This document shows positions 29,286-38,161 of a stretch of DNA of 64,000 nucleotides, in pieces; position 1 is the stretch's first letter, and the number at the start of each line of letters is the position of its first letter. The notes beneath the pieces are model-generated. The model saw only the letters and a list, made by a program, of their open reading frames with translations. It had not been told where the DNA came from and did not search any database. The stretch comes from Patescibacteria group bacterium (GTDB lineage Bacteria > Patescibacteriota > Patescibacteriia > UBA9934), in NCBI GenBank assembly GCA_038064675.1, contig JBBTSM010000002.1, positions 70,507-134,506 of the forward strand, read 5' to 3'. Made by a program: the position numbers and the translations under genes.

Positions 29286-29723
29286 ATGGCAATCTCTCTC
29301 TCAACCCTTCGCTCCGCCCTCGGTGCAAAGCGTAACAAGCGTCGCGTTGGTCGCGGCTTGGGTTCGCGCGGCACCACGGCTGGTCGTGGACAAAAAGGTC
29401 AGAGCGCTCGTTCGGGTGTTGGTGGATTGAAGCGCCTTGGTATGCGAAGCCTCATGCTCGCAACACCAAAGATGCGTGGATTCAAATCGCTTGCCGCAAA
29501 GGTGCAGGCGGTGAATCTTCAATCGATCGCATCAAAGTACATTGCGGGCGAATACGTCACACCAGCAACTCTTGCAAAAAAGGGGTTGGTGTTGAGTAAG
29601 TCCGCTCCAGTGAAGATTCTCGGAAACGGAGAAATCACCGCTGCGGTTACGATAAAGAACTGCACCGTTTCTGCATCTGCTGCAGAAAAGATCACCAAGG
29701 CCGGCGGTACCGTTAACGCGTAG
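29286..29723 (+). CDS. rplO: 50S ribosomal protein L15
   Basis: RVGRGLGSRGTTAGRGQKGQ; there is no L30 gene between rpsE and rplO. Confidence 0.93.
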   Translation: MAISLSTLRSALGAKRNKRRVGRGLGSRGTTAGRGQKGQSARSGVGGLKRLGMRSLMLATPKMRGFKSLAAKVQAVNLQSIASKYIAGEYVTPATLAKKGLVLSKSAPVKILGNGEITAAVTIKNCTVSASAAEKITKAGGTVNA

Positions 29724-29736
29724 TTTCTTCCCAAAT

Positions 29737-30993
29737 ATGGAAACCCTGAAACGCATCTTCCGCATTCCGGAGCTCCGTAATGCGCTCCTGTTCATCGTCT
29801 TTGTGGTTGTGGTGTTCCGCGTTGCGGCGCACATTCCGGTTCCGGGCATTGATGCATCAGGGTTGTCTTCCATTTTGGAAGGAAACCAATTTTTGGGCAT
29901 CTTGAACATGTTTTCAGGAGGAACACTCGCGAACTTCTCTATCGTTGCACTGGGTGTCTCTCCGTATATTACTGCGTCGATCATCTTTCAGCTTCTTGGC
30001 ATGATCTTCCCGTCACTGGAAGAGCTGCAAAAGGAAGAACAGGGCCGTCAGCGCATTACCCGCTGGACACGATTCGCGACGGTTCCTCTTGCGTTTCTGC
30101 AGGGATACGGTGTGCTGCGCCTGTTGGAAAGTCAGCAGCAGCTCGGCATTCATTTGACTGGAATTCAGCTCATTTTCGCCTTGATTTCCATGGCGGCTGG
30201 ATCCATCTTCTTAATGTGGCTTGGTGAGCTTGCGACAGAACGAAAAATGGGAAATGGCATTTCGCTTCTCATTTTTGCAGGTATCATGGCTGGTCTTCCT
30301 AGCGCCGTTGCGCAGGCTGTCGCAACATACAATTCTGGCGATTTCTTGAGCCTTGGTCTCTTCGCTGTACTCGCTATTGTTACTATCGTTGGCGTCGTTG
30401 TTGTAACTGAGGGCCAACGGAACATTCTCGTCCAATACGCTCGTGGCGGCGGGCAGATGTCGGGCAAGGTGCAGTCTTCTTTGCCACTTCGCTTGAACAT
30501 TGGTGGAATGATTCCAATTCTCTTTGCGCTCTCTATCGTCGTTCTTCCTCCATTGCTTGCACAGTTCTTTACACAGGCTCGAACGCAAGTGATTCGTGAC
30601 ATCGCACAATGGGTGTCTGTCACCTTCCAGAACAATACCGTTTACGCTGTGCTGTATTTTGTTCTCGTGTTTGCTTTTACCTTCTTCTACGCCTCTATCG
30701 TGTTCCGTCCGGAACAGATCTCGGAGAACTTGCAGAAGCAGGGTGGATTCATTCCAGGCGTTCGCCCAGGCGAACAGACAACGAAGTACTTGCAGTGGGT
30801 GATGAACCGTTTGTTGCTCTCTGGCGCCTTCTTCCTGGCAACTATCGCTATTCTTCCAAACGTCGTTCAGGGTTTCACCGGCAATCAGAGCCTCGCGGTC
30901 GGCGGATCATCCATGATCATCGTCGTTTCCGTGGTTATCGACATCGTAAAACAGGTTCAGTCGCAGCTCACGATGCGCGCGTACGATGTGTAA
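29737..30993 (+). CDS. secY: preprotein translocase subunit SecY
   Basis: 10-TM topology, typical SecY sequence. Confidence 0.95.
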   Translation: METLKRIFRIPELRNALLFIVFVVVVFRVAAHIPVPGIDASGLSSILEGNQFLGILNMFSGGTLANFSIVALGVSPYITASIIFQLLGMIFPSLEELQKEEQGRQRITRWTRFATVPLAFLQGYGVLRLLESQQQLGIHLTGIQLIFALISMAAGSIFLMWLGELATERKMGNGISLLIFAGIMAGLPSAVAQAVATYNSGDFLSLGLFAVLAIVTIVGVVVVTEGQRNILVQYARGGGQMSGKVQSSLPLRLNIGGMIPILFALSIVVLPPLLAQFFTQARTQVIRDIAQWVSVTFQNNTVYAVLYFVLVFAFTFFYASIVFRPEQISENLQKQGGFIPGVRPGEQTTKYLQWVMNRLLLSGAFFLATIAILPNVVQGFTGNQSLAVGGSSMIIVVSVVIDIVKQVQSQLTMRAYDV

Positions 30994-31003
30994 GGTCTCC
31001 TAT

Positions 31004-31032
31004 AAAAATCACCGCTTCGAGCGGTGATTTTT
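31004..31032 (+). terminator. rho-independent terminator after secY (AAAAATCACCGC ttcgag GCGGTGATTTTT)
   Basis: perfect 12-bp stem plus T-run directly after the secY stop. Confidence 0.65.
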
Positions 31033-31101
31033 ATATCCACAGTTTTTGTTTTGATCGGATCATGGATCCTGTATAGTCGCCTGAGTATTTATGATGCCTT
31101 T

Positions 31102-31497
31102 ATGACCCATGAGGTTATACCTGCGGAATCTGGGCCTAGAACACTAGATCTCCGCCCTCCGGAGCCCATCGACGTGAAAGATGGTGCAGGTCGTTGGAAT
31201 TTTCGTCTCGAAAAGAAGCCTGATGGATACTCCGTTCGTGGAGTCCCAGGAAACTCTGATTTCGTTGGGGTGAACATGACGATCGTGTTAAAGATTGAGT
31301 ATCCTGATCGGGTGTATAGGGAAGACGAATCAGCTCGCCTTGTTAGAGGGGAAATTCTTCCAACGCATGCGGTGTTTTCTCCGCTTGAAGACGATTTCGT
31401 AAATGGCAAGGTCCCTGATCTCGTTGCTCTTCAAAAATATATCGAGTCCTGGAAGTTTGATTTTATGGGACGAAATGAATTGACGCTTGCGAAGTAG
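31102..31497 (+). CDS. hypothetical protein inserted between secY and adk
   Basis: protein-like ORF; the listed alternative start (GTG 31024) lies inside the secY terminator T-run, so ATG 31102 is preferred; a long hairpin 31510-31546 follows. Confidence 0.4.
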   Translation: MTHEVIPAESGPRTLDLRPPEPIDVKDGAGRWNFRLEKKPDGYSVRGVPGNSDFVGVNMTIVLKIEYPDRVYREDESARLVRGEILPTHAVFSPLEDDFVNGKVPDLVALQKYIESWKFDFMGRNELTLAK

Positions 31498-31568
31498 CTT
31501 ACAGAATATACAGCCTCCGGTTTTGCGAAAGCAGCCCGGAGGCTGTACTGTTAGGGCGTATTCCACCT

Positions 31569-32135
31569 ATGATGCATCGAATTTTCTTGCTTGGACCACA
31601 GGGATGCGGAAAGGGGACGCAGGCGGTAATTTTGGCGGCACGACTTGGTATTCCCGAGTTCTCCATGGGGCAATTGCTTCGCGACGCTGCGGCTGGAACG
31701 GACGATCTCGCTGATCGCATTAAGGCGATTCAGGCAAAGGGAGAGCTTGTGCCAGGAAAAGTTGTCGCGGAAGTGCTTCGTGCGCGTCTTGATAAACCTG
31801 ATTGCGCGAATGGATACATCCTCGACGGTTTTCCGCGGAATCAGGATCAGTACGATTCATACGCCGAGCACGACAAGCCAACTGCGGTGATTGTTATCGA
31901 AGTCCCTCGTGAAGTTTCCATCGAGCGCATTGCACATCGATCTCGAACGGAGCATCGCACCGACGACACACCGGAAGCGATTCGTCGTCGTCTCGAGATC
32001 TACGATCAAGATACGGAACCGATGATTAATCATTATCGAGCGCAGGGCTTGGTTCGTGAAGTAGATGGCGTTGGGACGGTCGAAGATGTTGCGGACCGAA
32101 TTTACGGAATCTGTACTCTGCAAGGTGGCTGTTAA
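31569..32135 (+). CDS. adk: adenylate kinase
   Basis: P-loop GPQGCGKGTQA, NMP-binding and LID regions. Confidence 0.93.
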   Translation: MMHRIFLLGPQGCGKGTQAVILAARLGIPEFSMGQLLRDAAAGTDDLADRIKAIQAKGELVPGKVVAEVLRARLDKPDCANGYILDGFPRNQDQYDSYAEHDKPTAVIVIEVPREVSIERIAHRSRTEHRTDDTPEAIRRRLEIYDQDTEPMINHYRAQGLVREVDGVGTVEDVADRIYGICTLQGGC

Positions 32136-32139
32136 TTGT

Positions 32140-32925
32140 ATGGCGAACATCAAAACAGTTGAAGAAGTTCAGGTGATGCGCGAAGGAGGTATTCTTTTAT
32201 CGAACGCGCTTCAGGCTGCAGTTGATGCGGCAAAGCCTGGTGTGACGATGAAACAGCTCGACGACATTGCGCGCGGCGTCATCGAAGCTGGTGGCGGTAC
32301 GCCATCGTTCCTTGGGTATGGTTCTAAGAGCAGGCCATTTCCTGCGACGGTGTGTATTTCGCGGAACGAAGAGGTTGTTCATGGTTTAGGGAATCGTGAA
32401 ATCGCACTCGACGAAGGCGATATCGTCGGCCTCGACATTGGCTGTTGGTACAAGGGGCTGTGCACCGACATGGCAGTAACCGTACCGATTGGATCGATTA
32501 CGAAGGAACGCGCAACGTTGCTTCGTATTACGTACGATTCGATGATGGCGGGTGTTAATGCTGCGGTGATCGGAAATACGGTCATGGACATTGCAGGGGC
32601 GGTGGAAGACGTCGTACCAAAGGGATATGGAATTGTTGAGTCACTCGTCGGCCATGGTGTTGGGCATCAGGTTCACGAGGCGCCGAATGTCCCAAATTTC
32701 CGTGGGAAGCACTTCCCAAAGGCACCACTTCTCGACGGAATGTGCATCGCCATCGAACCGATGGTGACCACGGGAACGCATGAAGTGGAGGTTTCCGATG
32801 ATGAATGGACGATTGTAACCGCAGACAAGAGTGACGCGGCACACTTCGAAGTTACTGTCGCGATTCTGCCGGGCGGACCGGAAATTCTCACGCCCGTACC
32901 AAAAGTTCGGGGTGTAACCGCATAA
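32140..32925 (+). CDS. map: methionine aminopeptidase type I
   Basis: pita-bread fold metal ligands (D..D..H..E..E pattern), 261 aa. Confidence 0.9.
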   Translation: MANIKTVEEVQVMREGGILLSNALQAAVDAAKPGVTMKQLDDIARGVIEAGGGTPSFLGYGSKSRPFPATVCISRNEEVVHGLGNREIALDEGDIVGLDIGCWYKGLCTDMAVTVPIGSITKERATLLRITYDSMMAGVNAAVIGNTVMDIAGAVEDVVPKGYGIVESLVGHGVGHQVHEAPNVPNFRGKHFPKAPLLDGMCIAIEPMVTTGTHEVEVSDDEWTIVTADKSDAAHFEVTVAILPGGPEILTPVPKVRGVTA

Positions 32926-32928
32926 GTT

Positions 32929-33372
32929 ATGAAAAAAGACGACATCTTCGGCGGCGTGATTCTCCTCATCGTTATTGCGGCGATCGGTGCATTTTTATAC
33001 TTTGCGCAGTCTGCGCCAGAGCTGAGCTACGGGCCGGTGGAGCTTGCGGGGAGTGTGTTGAGTGCAGCGCCAAAATCGACAACCGAAGTTACAATTAGTG
33101 GCACGCTCGTAAAATCTGGTTTCGTCACTATCCATCAGGCGATGGGCACAGCGCCAGGAGAGATTGTTGGTACATCTGATCTGATTGTTGCCGGTATATT
33201 CACGGACGTGGTTGTGCATCTTGCGAAACCGATGGAATACGCTGGGCCGTATGTCGCCTTGCTCCACGTGGATAATGGCGATGGCGTTTTCGTGGTGAAA
33301 GACGATATGCCGGTTACCTCAAGCGGCGTATCGGTTCGTGCAGATTTCAATTCGCCACCAGAGGTGAAGTAA
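32929..33372 (+). CDS. hypothetical membrane-anchored protein (N-terminal TM helix)
   Basis: ATG start, hydrophobic anchor GGVILLIVIAAIGAFLYF, then a soluble domain. Confidence 0.5.
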   Translation: MKKDDIFGGVILLIVIAAIGAFLYFAQSAPELSYGPVELAGSVLSAAPKSTTEVTISGTLVKSGFVTIHQAMGTAPGEIVGTSDLIVAGIFTDVVVHLAKPMEYAGPYVALLHVDNGDGVFVVKDDMPVTSSGVSVRADFNSPPEVK

Positions 33373-33376
33373 TTTT

Positions 33377-33802
33377 GTGAAATATCTTGGTATCGACTTT
33401 GGTGTTCGGAAGATTGGCCTTGCGTCTGGCGACGATGAGACGGGTTTGGCGTTCCCGATGGGCAATATCGACGGGGGAGTGAAGGCGATTTTCACCATCA
33501 TGAATCGCGCTCGAGACGAGGGCGCCGAAGCACTTGTCATCGGATTACCAATTCCCGATGCGCATCAGTCCGATACACAGCTTGAGCTAACGAAACAGTT
33601 TGTTCGCGATGCGCAGGCTGCGACATCTCTGTCGGTGTTCGTTGTTGATGAGCAGTTTACTTCCGCAGAGGCACGTCGATTACAGGCGGAATATGGCGGC
33701 GATATGCCGGAAGACGCTTGGGCTGCAAAAATCATCCTTCAAGCATTTCTTGACGGTGATGTTGAACTTACAGTCGATGAAGCGAAGCGGCGCGAAGAGT
33801 AA
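33377..33802 (+). CDS. ruvX: Holliday-junction resolvase-like nuclease YqgF/RuvX
   Basis: YLGIDFGVRKIGLA N-terminal RNase H-like motif, GTG start. Confidence 0.8.
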   Translation: MKYLGIDFGVRKIGLASGDDETGLAFPMGNIDGGVKAIFTIMNRARDEGAEALVIGLPIPDAHQSDTQLELTKQFVRDAQAATSLSVFVVDEQFTSAEARRLQAEYGGDMPEDAWAAKIILQAFLDGDVELTVDEAKRREE

Positions 33803-33804
33803 GT

Positions 33805-34593
33805 ATGTGGAGCACGGTAAAAACGATAGGGATTGTCATGACGTCGTCGCCGTGGCGTGAGGCGGATCGGTGGTATAGCGCCCTAACGCCGGAATTCGGT
33901 TTGATTGAGTTTGTTGGGCGCGGTGCGCAAAAGCCGCGAGCGAAACTCGCCGCGCATTTAGAGCCATTCGCGATCGTTGAACTCGAAATCGTGAAAGGTG
34001 CGCGATCGACCACCGTCATTGGTGTTGAGCGACGTGAGGTATTTGATCGCATTCAAACGAGCCTCGAGCACCGCATGTTTACACAAACGCTTTTTGCGAT
34101 GTTGGCGAAGGCGATTCGGCCAGATCTCGCAGATCCAGAACTTTTCGATGAAGTGATTGGGCTCGTTCGATTTTTAAACTTACAGGTCTCTTTGCAAAAC
34201 ACCAGAAGCGCTTTTGTTCTCGGCGCGACAATTCTCCGCCTGCTCAGCCGTCTTGGTTACGGTGTCGAGCTGCACGATTGCCTCGCGTGTCGCAAAGACG
34301 TTCTCCCGCTTTCATTTCGTTGGCACGGCGGACGTGGGGGATTGGTGTGCTCCGATTGTGTGCAGAGAAACCCCGAAGATTGGTTCTCTGCGCGCCCGAT
34401 GGACGAAGAGATCGTTACGCTAATGCGTATCGGTCGCGACGAATCCTACGAGTCGCTCATGCGCATGCCGCTCCTCGGCCAACAAGTAGAAGACTTCGTC
34501 CAATGCGTCCACGACGTCTACGTCTATCACGTCCCTGGCGAAATCACGATGCCGTTCTGGACAGGAGTATTGGCGGTGCCGGCGAGGGTATAG
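33805..34593 (+). CDS. recO: DNA repair protein RecO
   Basis: an OB N-domain plus a Cys4 zinc finger CLACRKD...CSDC. Confidence 0.8.
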   Translation: MWSTVKTIGIVMTSSPWREADRWYSALTPEFGLIEFVGRGAQKPRAKLAAHLEPFAIVELEIVKGARSTTVIGVERREVFDRIQTSLEHRMFTQTLFAMLAKAIRPDLADPELFDEVIGLVRFLNLQVSLQNTRSAFVLGATILRLLSRLGYGVELHDCLACRKDVLPLSFRWHGGRGGLVCSDCVQRNPEDWFSARPMDEEIVTLMRIGRDESYESLMRMPLLGQQVEDFVQCVHDVYVYHVPGEITMPFWTGVLAVPARV

Positions 34594-34601
34594 ATATTTC
34601 T

Positions 34602-35063
34602 ATGAAAGAACATTGCTTGATCTGTGAAAGAATTCAGATGATCAAAGATGGAAAGAATCCGTATTTTGTTGCTGAGTTTGAAACGGGATATGCCGTCATT
34701 GGCGATCATCAATTTTTTCGAGGATACACATTGTTTCTTGCGAAACAGCATAAGCACGAACTTCATGAGTTTGATGACGGCTTTCGAAATCGATTTCTTG
34801 TGGAGATGAGTCAGGTTGCTGAAGCGGTATTCCGCGCATTTCATCCTGTGAAGTTGAACTATGAACTTCTTGGGAATAAAGATTCGCACGTTCATTGGCA
34901 CCTTTTCCCTCGTCATGCCAATGATCCTCAGCCGATGAGGCCAATATGGACGATCGACCCCGCGATACGCTCTGTGGAGTCCGTAAAGCCGTCGAAGGAG
35001 GGAATTGAGGTTTTGAAAAGTGAATTACTCATCGAATTGAGAAAAACTGCGCTGATTCTTTGA
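34602..35063 (+). CDS. HIT-family (histidine triad) protein
   Basis: C-terminal HVHWHLFPR triad, and an N-terminal CLICER. Confidence 0.75.
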   Translation: MKEHCLICERIQMIKDGKNPYFVAEFETGYAVIGDHQFFRGYTLFLAKQHKHELHEFDDGFRNRFLVEMSQVAEAVFRAFHPVKLNYELLGNKDSHVHWHLFPRHANDPQPMRPIWTIDPAIRSVESVKPSKEGIEVLKSELLIELRKTALIL

Positions 35064-35139
35064 ATGGGTTGGGAGGGGGGGAGAGGTGACGCGAAAGGGC
35101 ATCATCGGCGGGCCGTGGTGCGCAATTTCCCGATTCGGA

Positions 35140-35226
35140 CATGTGCGGTCGACCGAACATTTCACTCATCGATTCATTGGGGATTTTGCAAATAAAATGT
35201 GCGGTCCACCGCACATCCCCAATATC
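35140..35226. other. structured intergenic element: duplicated ATGTGCGGTC[G/C]ACCG boxes and a nested palindrome ATTGGGGA...ATGTGCGG tcca CCGCACAT...TCCCCAAT
   Basis: seen in sequence at 35141-35156, 35198-35213 and 35180-35225. Confidence 0.4.
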
Positions 35227-35298
35227 GCAAAATGCACACGCTTGGCAGCGGTTTCCCGCCGTCATTCACATCCATTCCAAGGTCAGTCCCTCTATCCC

Positions 35299-35327
35299 TT
35301 CAAAGGATTCAGGACCCGTGCTACACT
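35299..35327 (+). promoter_or_regulatory. sigma70-like promoter TTCAAA-N17-TACACT driving the asnS leader
   Basis: hexamers and spacing; about 180 nt upstream of the asnS ATG. Confidence 0.4.
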
Positions 35328-35329
35328 CA

Positions 35330-35506
35330 TTTCACTGATGTTCGCCGTGACAGCGAGCACTGGGAGCAAACAACTTCTAGATTCAGTGTTCCACAACTAA
35401 TGAGAGCCGATTCGTCGGCTAAAGTACGGTGGCACCGCGAGTAACTTCGCCCGTACAGCTTCATGATTATTCAATCGTGACGTTGTACAGGCGAATTTTT
35501 CTTTTT
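35330..35506 (+). promoter_or_regulatory. T-box riboswitch-like leader of asnS (stem I, T-box antiterminator motif, terminator)
   Basis: GGUGGCACCGCG at 35428-35439 matches the T-box consensus GGUGGNACCGCG; a terminator stem CGCCCGUACAG/UUGUACAGGCG and a U-run 35495-35506 lie immediately before the ATG; AAC triplets sit in the stem I candidate loop. Confidence 0.6.
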
Positions 35507-36814
35507 ATGACCTACATCTCTCAGTTAGCGTCCATGGTTGGGCAGGAAGTCGAGCTCAAGGGTTGGGCGTACAACTTTCGAAGCAGTGGCAAAATTTATT
35601 TCCTCCAGTTCCGTGATGGATCGGGACGTGTCCAGGTTGTGTACTCGCCGCAGGATATCGATGCCGCATCGTGGGAATCGCTCCAAGGCGTTCGCATTGA
35701 GTCGTCAGTTATCGTTAAAGGTATTGTGAAGGCTGAGCCTCGATCACCATCAGGATTCGAGATTTCTGGAACCAGTTTCACGATGGTGCACGTTGCGCCG
35801 GAGGATTATCCAATTGGAAAGAAGGAACACGGCCCAGAGTTTTTATTCGAGAATCGCGATCTTTATCTTCGGTCTCAGACTCCATGGGCAGTTCTGAGAA
35901 TTCGCGACAGAGTGTTCTTTTCAATTGAACAATTCTTCCACGAGGAAGGATTTATTCGCTTCGACGCTCCAATCATTCAACCAACAAGTTGCGAAGATAC
36001 CACGCAGCTCTTCCAAGTTGATTATTACGGCGAACCAAAATATCTCTCGCAATCCGGCCAGCTCTACAGCGAGGCGGGAATCATGGGTTTCGGAAAGGTG
36101 TACGACTTCGGCCCAGTGTTCCGCGCAGAAAAGAGCAAGACACGTCACCACTTGAGCGAGCTTTGGATGATGGATGCTGAAATGGCGTACTTCGATCAGG
36201 TGATGAACATGGAGGTGCAAGAGAAGATGGTGAAGCGCATCGTGAAAGATGTTCTCGATAACTGTAAGCAAGAGCTCGCGATTCTCGAACGCGATACGAC
36301 GATCTTGGAGCGTATCGTAATTGAGCCATTTGTCCATTTGAAACACTCCGAAGCGAAGAAGATTCTGCACGACGAGAAGTTGACTGTTGAGCCTGTCGAT
36401 CTCCTCGGCGACATGTCGACAGAAGAAGAGATCGCCCTTGGAAATAAGTATCAGCTTCCAGTGTTCATCGAAGACTATCCGGCGGAGATCAAGTCGTTCT
36501 ACATGAAGCGATACACGGACGATGCTGGCGTATTGCGTGCTCGATGCGCCGATCTTATTGCGCCAGAAGAAGGTCGCGAAATTATCGGCGGCAGCCAGCG
36601 CGAGGAGAGTTACGAGGCGCTTAAGCAAGAGGTTGTCGATCGCAACTATCCGTTGGCTGAGTATGAGTGGTACTTGAATACCCGAAAGTACGGCAGCGTT
36701 CCACACTCCGGCTTCGGTATCGGCCTCGAGCGAACCGTTCGATGGATCACTGGCGTGCACCACATTCGCGAAACCATTGCGTTCCCACGCATGCTCAACC
36801 GCTCAACTCCATAA
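35507..36814 (+). CDS. asnS: class IIb aminoacyl-tRNA synthetase, asparaginyl-type (AsnRS; alternatively an AspRS paralog)
   Basis: N-terminal OB domain, motif 2 FRAE..TRHHLSEL, motif 3 GGSQREE and GFGIGLER; AsnRS-like SQSGQLYSEAG; Asx-tRNA discriminator-compatible T-box leader. Confidence 0.6.
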   Translation: MTYISQLASMVGQEVELKGWAYNFRSSGKIYFLQFRDGSGRVQVVYSPQDIDAASWESLQGVRIESSVIVKGIVKAEPRSPSGFEISGTSFTMVHVAPEDYPIGKKEHGPEFLFENRDLYLRSQTPWAVLRIRDRVFFSIEQFFHEEGFIRFDAPIIQPTSCEDTTQLFQVDYYGEPKYLSQSGQLYSEAGIMGFGKVYDFGPVFRAEKSKTRHHLSELWMMDAEMAYFDQVMNMEVQEKMVKRIVKDVLDNCKQELAILERDTTILERIVIEPFVHLKHSEAKKILHDEKLTVEPVDLLGDMSTEEEIALGNKYQLPVFIEDYPAEIKSFYMKRYTDDAGVLRARCADLIAPEEGREIIGGSQREESYEALKQEVVDRNYPLAEYEWYLNTRKYGSVPHSGFGIGLERTVRWITGVHHIRETIAFPRMLNRSTP

Positions 36815-36815
36815 T

Positions 36816-38129
36816 ATGAAAAACAGAATCCTCATCAAAGACCTCCCATCAAAACTCGGCGAAACTGTTACCATCGCTGGTTGGCTCAACGCGTTGCGCG
36901 ACATGAGTAAGTTCGGCTTTGCGATTATTCGCGATCGTTCCGGCCTTGCGCAGACCGTGCTGAACGCAGAACAGCTCGAGCAGCTTAAGGGACTTCAGGT
37001 CGAGACCGTGTTGTCGGTAACCGGAAAGATTGTCGAAAAGAAATCGAAAGATCCGTCGATCAAAGAAGTCGAGATGCAGGTCGAGAAACTCGAAGTGCTT
37101 TCGCCGGTTGTTGATGTTGTTCCTGTCGAGATCGGTAAACCAGTACTCGACGCGAACCTTGATACATTGCTCGATAACCGTGTTATCACGCTTCGTCATC
37201 CAAAACAGCGTGCAATTTTCCGCGTACAAGCCGCGTTGGTTCACGGCTACCGTTCGTTCATGGAAAAGCAGGGATTCACCGAAATTTTTTTCCCAGTTCT
37301 TGCTGGTGCTGCGAGCGAAGGAGGCGCAGAGTTTTTCAAGGTTGATTACTACGGCCGCGAAGCAACGCTCACACAGTCTGCGCAGCTCTACAAGCAGATT
37401 ACGATGGGTGTGTATGAGGGCGTGTACGGCGTGTCGTACTCATTTCGTGCAGAAAAGTTTGCAACATCGCGTCATTTAACCGAATTCAACCAGCTCGAGT
37501 TCGAAATGGGATTCGTTTCGGACATGAGTGAAGTGATGGATGTTGAGGAGGGTGCGATTCGTGAAATGCTCGCAACCGTTGAGAGCGAATGTGCGGTCGA
37601 ACTCGCGCTTCTCGAGGCGAAGCTTCCGCCGACCGGAGATCGATTCCCTCGAATCACACTGAAAGAGGCGCTTGAGGCATATCGTGATGAAGGGGGAGTG
37701 GATGAAACATCGGAACCAGACCTTTCGCCGGCTGCGGAGCGTTGGCTTTCAACAGTTTGGTCAGTACAACATCATAACAGTGGATTCGTATTTGTGACGG
37801 ACTGGCCACCATCAAAGCGTCCGTTCTATGCGAAGGTTGATCCGGCGAATCCAGAGAACACACTCACGTTCGACGTGATCGGTTTTGGAAGTGAGATTAC
37901 CTCCGGTGGTATGCGCATCAACCGATACGATGAGCAGCTCGCGCGAATCGTGGATAAAGGATTGAACGTTGCAGACTTTGAGGACTACTTGATGATGCAC
38001 AAATACGGCATTCCACCAGAAGGAGGTTTCGCGATTGGTTTGCAGCGATTAACGCAAAATGTTCTTGGTCTTGCGAACGTGAAAGAAGCGACAATCTTCC
38101 CCCGCGATGTTCAGCGTTTGCGTCCATAG
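36816..38129 (+). CDS. aspS: class IIb aminoacyl-tRNA synthetase, aspartyl-type (archaeal/eukaryotic-like AspRS)
   Basis: LTQSAQLYKQ (AspRS-type), motif 2 FRAEKFATSRHLTEF, motif 3 GFAIGLQR. Confidence 0.6.
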   Translation: MKNRILIKDLPSKLGETVTIAGWLNALRDMSKFGFAIIRDRSGLAQTVLNAEQLEQLKGLQVETVLSVTGKIVEKKSKDPSIKEVEMQVEKLEVLSPVVDVVPVEIGKPVLDANLDTLLDNRVITLRHPKQRAIFRVQAALVHGYRSFMEKQGFTEIFFPVLAGAASEGGAEFFKVDYYGREATLTQSAQLYKQITMGVYEGVYGVSYSFRAEKFATSRHLTEFNQLEFEMGFVSDMSEVMDVEEGAIREMLATVESECAVELALLEAKLPPTGDRFPRITLKEALEAYRDEGGVDETSEPDLSPAAERWLSTVWSVQHHNSGFVFVTDWPPSKRPFYAKVDPANPENTLTFDVIGFGSEITSGGMRINRYDEQLARIVDKGLNVADFEDYLMMHKYGIPPEGGFAIGLQRLTQNVLGLANVKEATIFPRDVQRLRP

Positions 38130-38161
38130 TGTTATCATCTGTTCATCTTAACGCCTTCACT

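Noticed and set aside
31024-31101. GTG start at 31024 giving the secY-adk hypothetical a hydrophobic N-terminal anchor
   Set aside because: The first codons are the T-run of the secY terminator, and T-rich sequence trivially encodes Phe/Ile/Val/Leu. ATG 31102 preferred; still uncertain.
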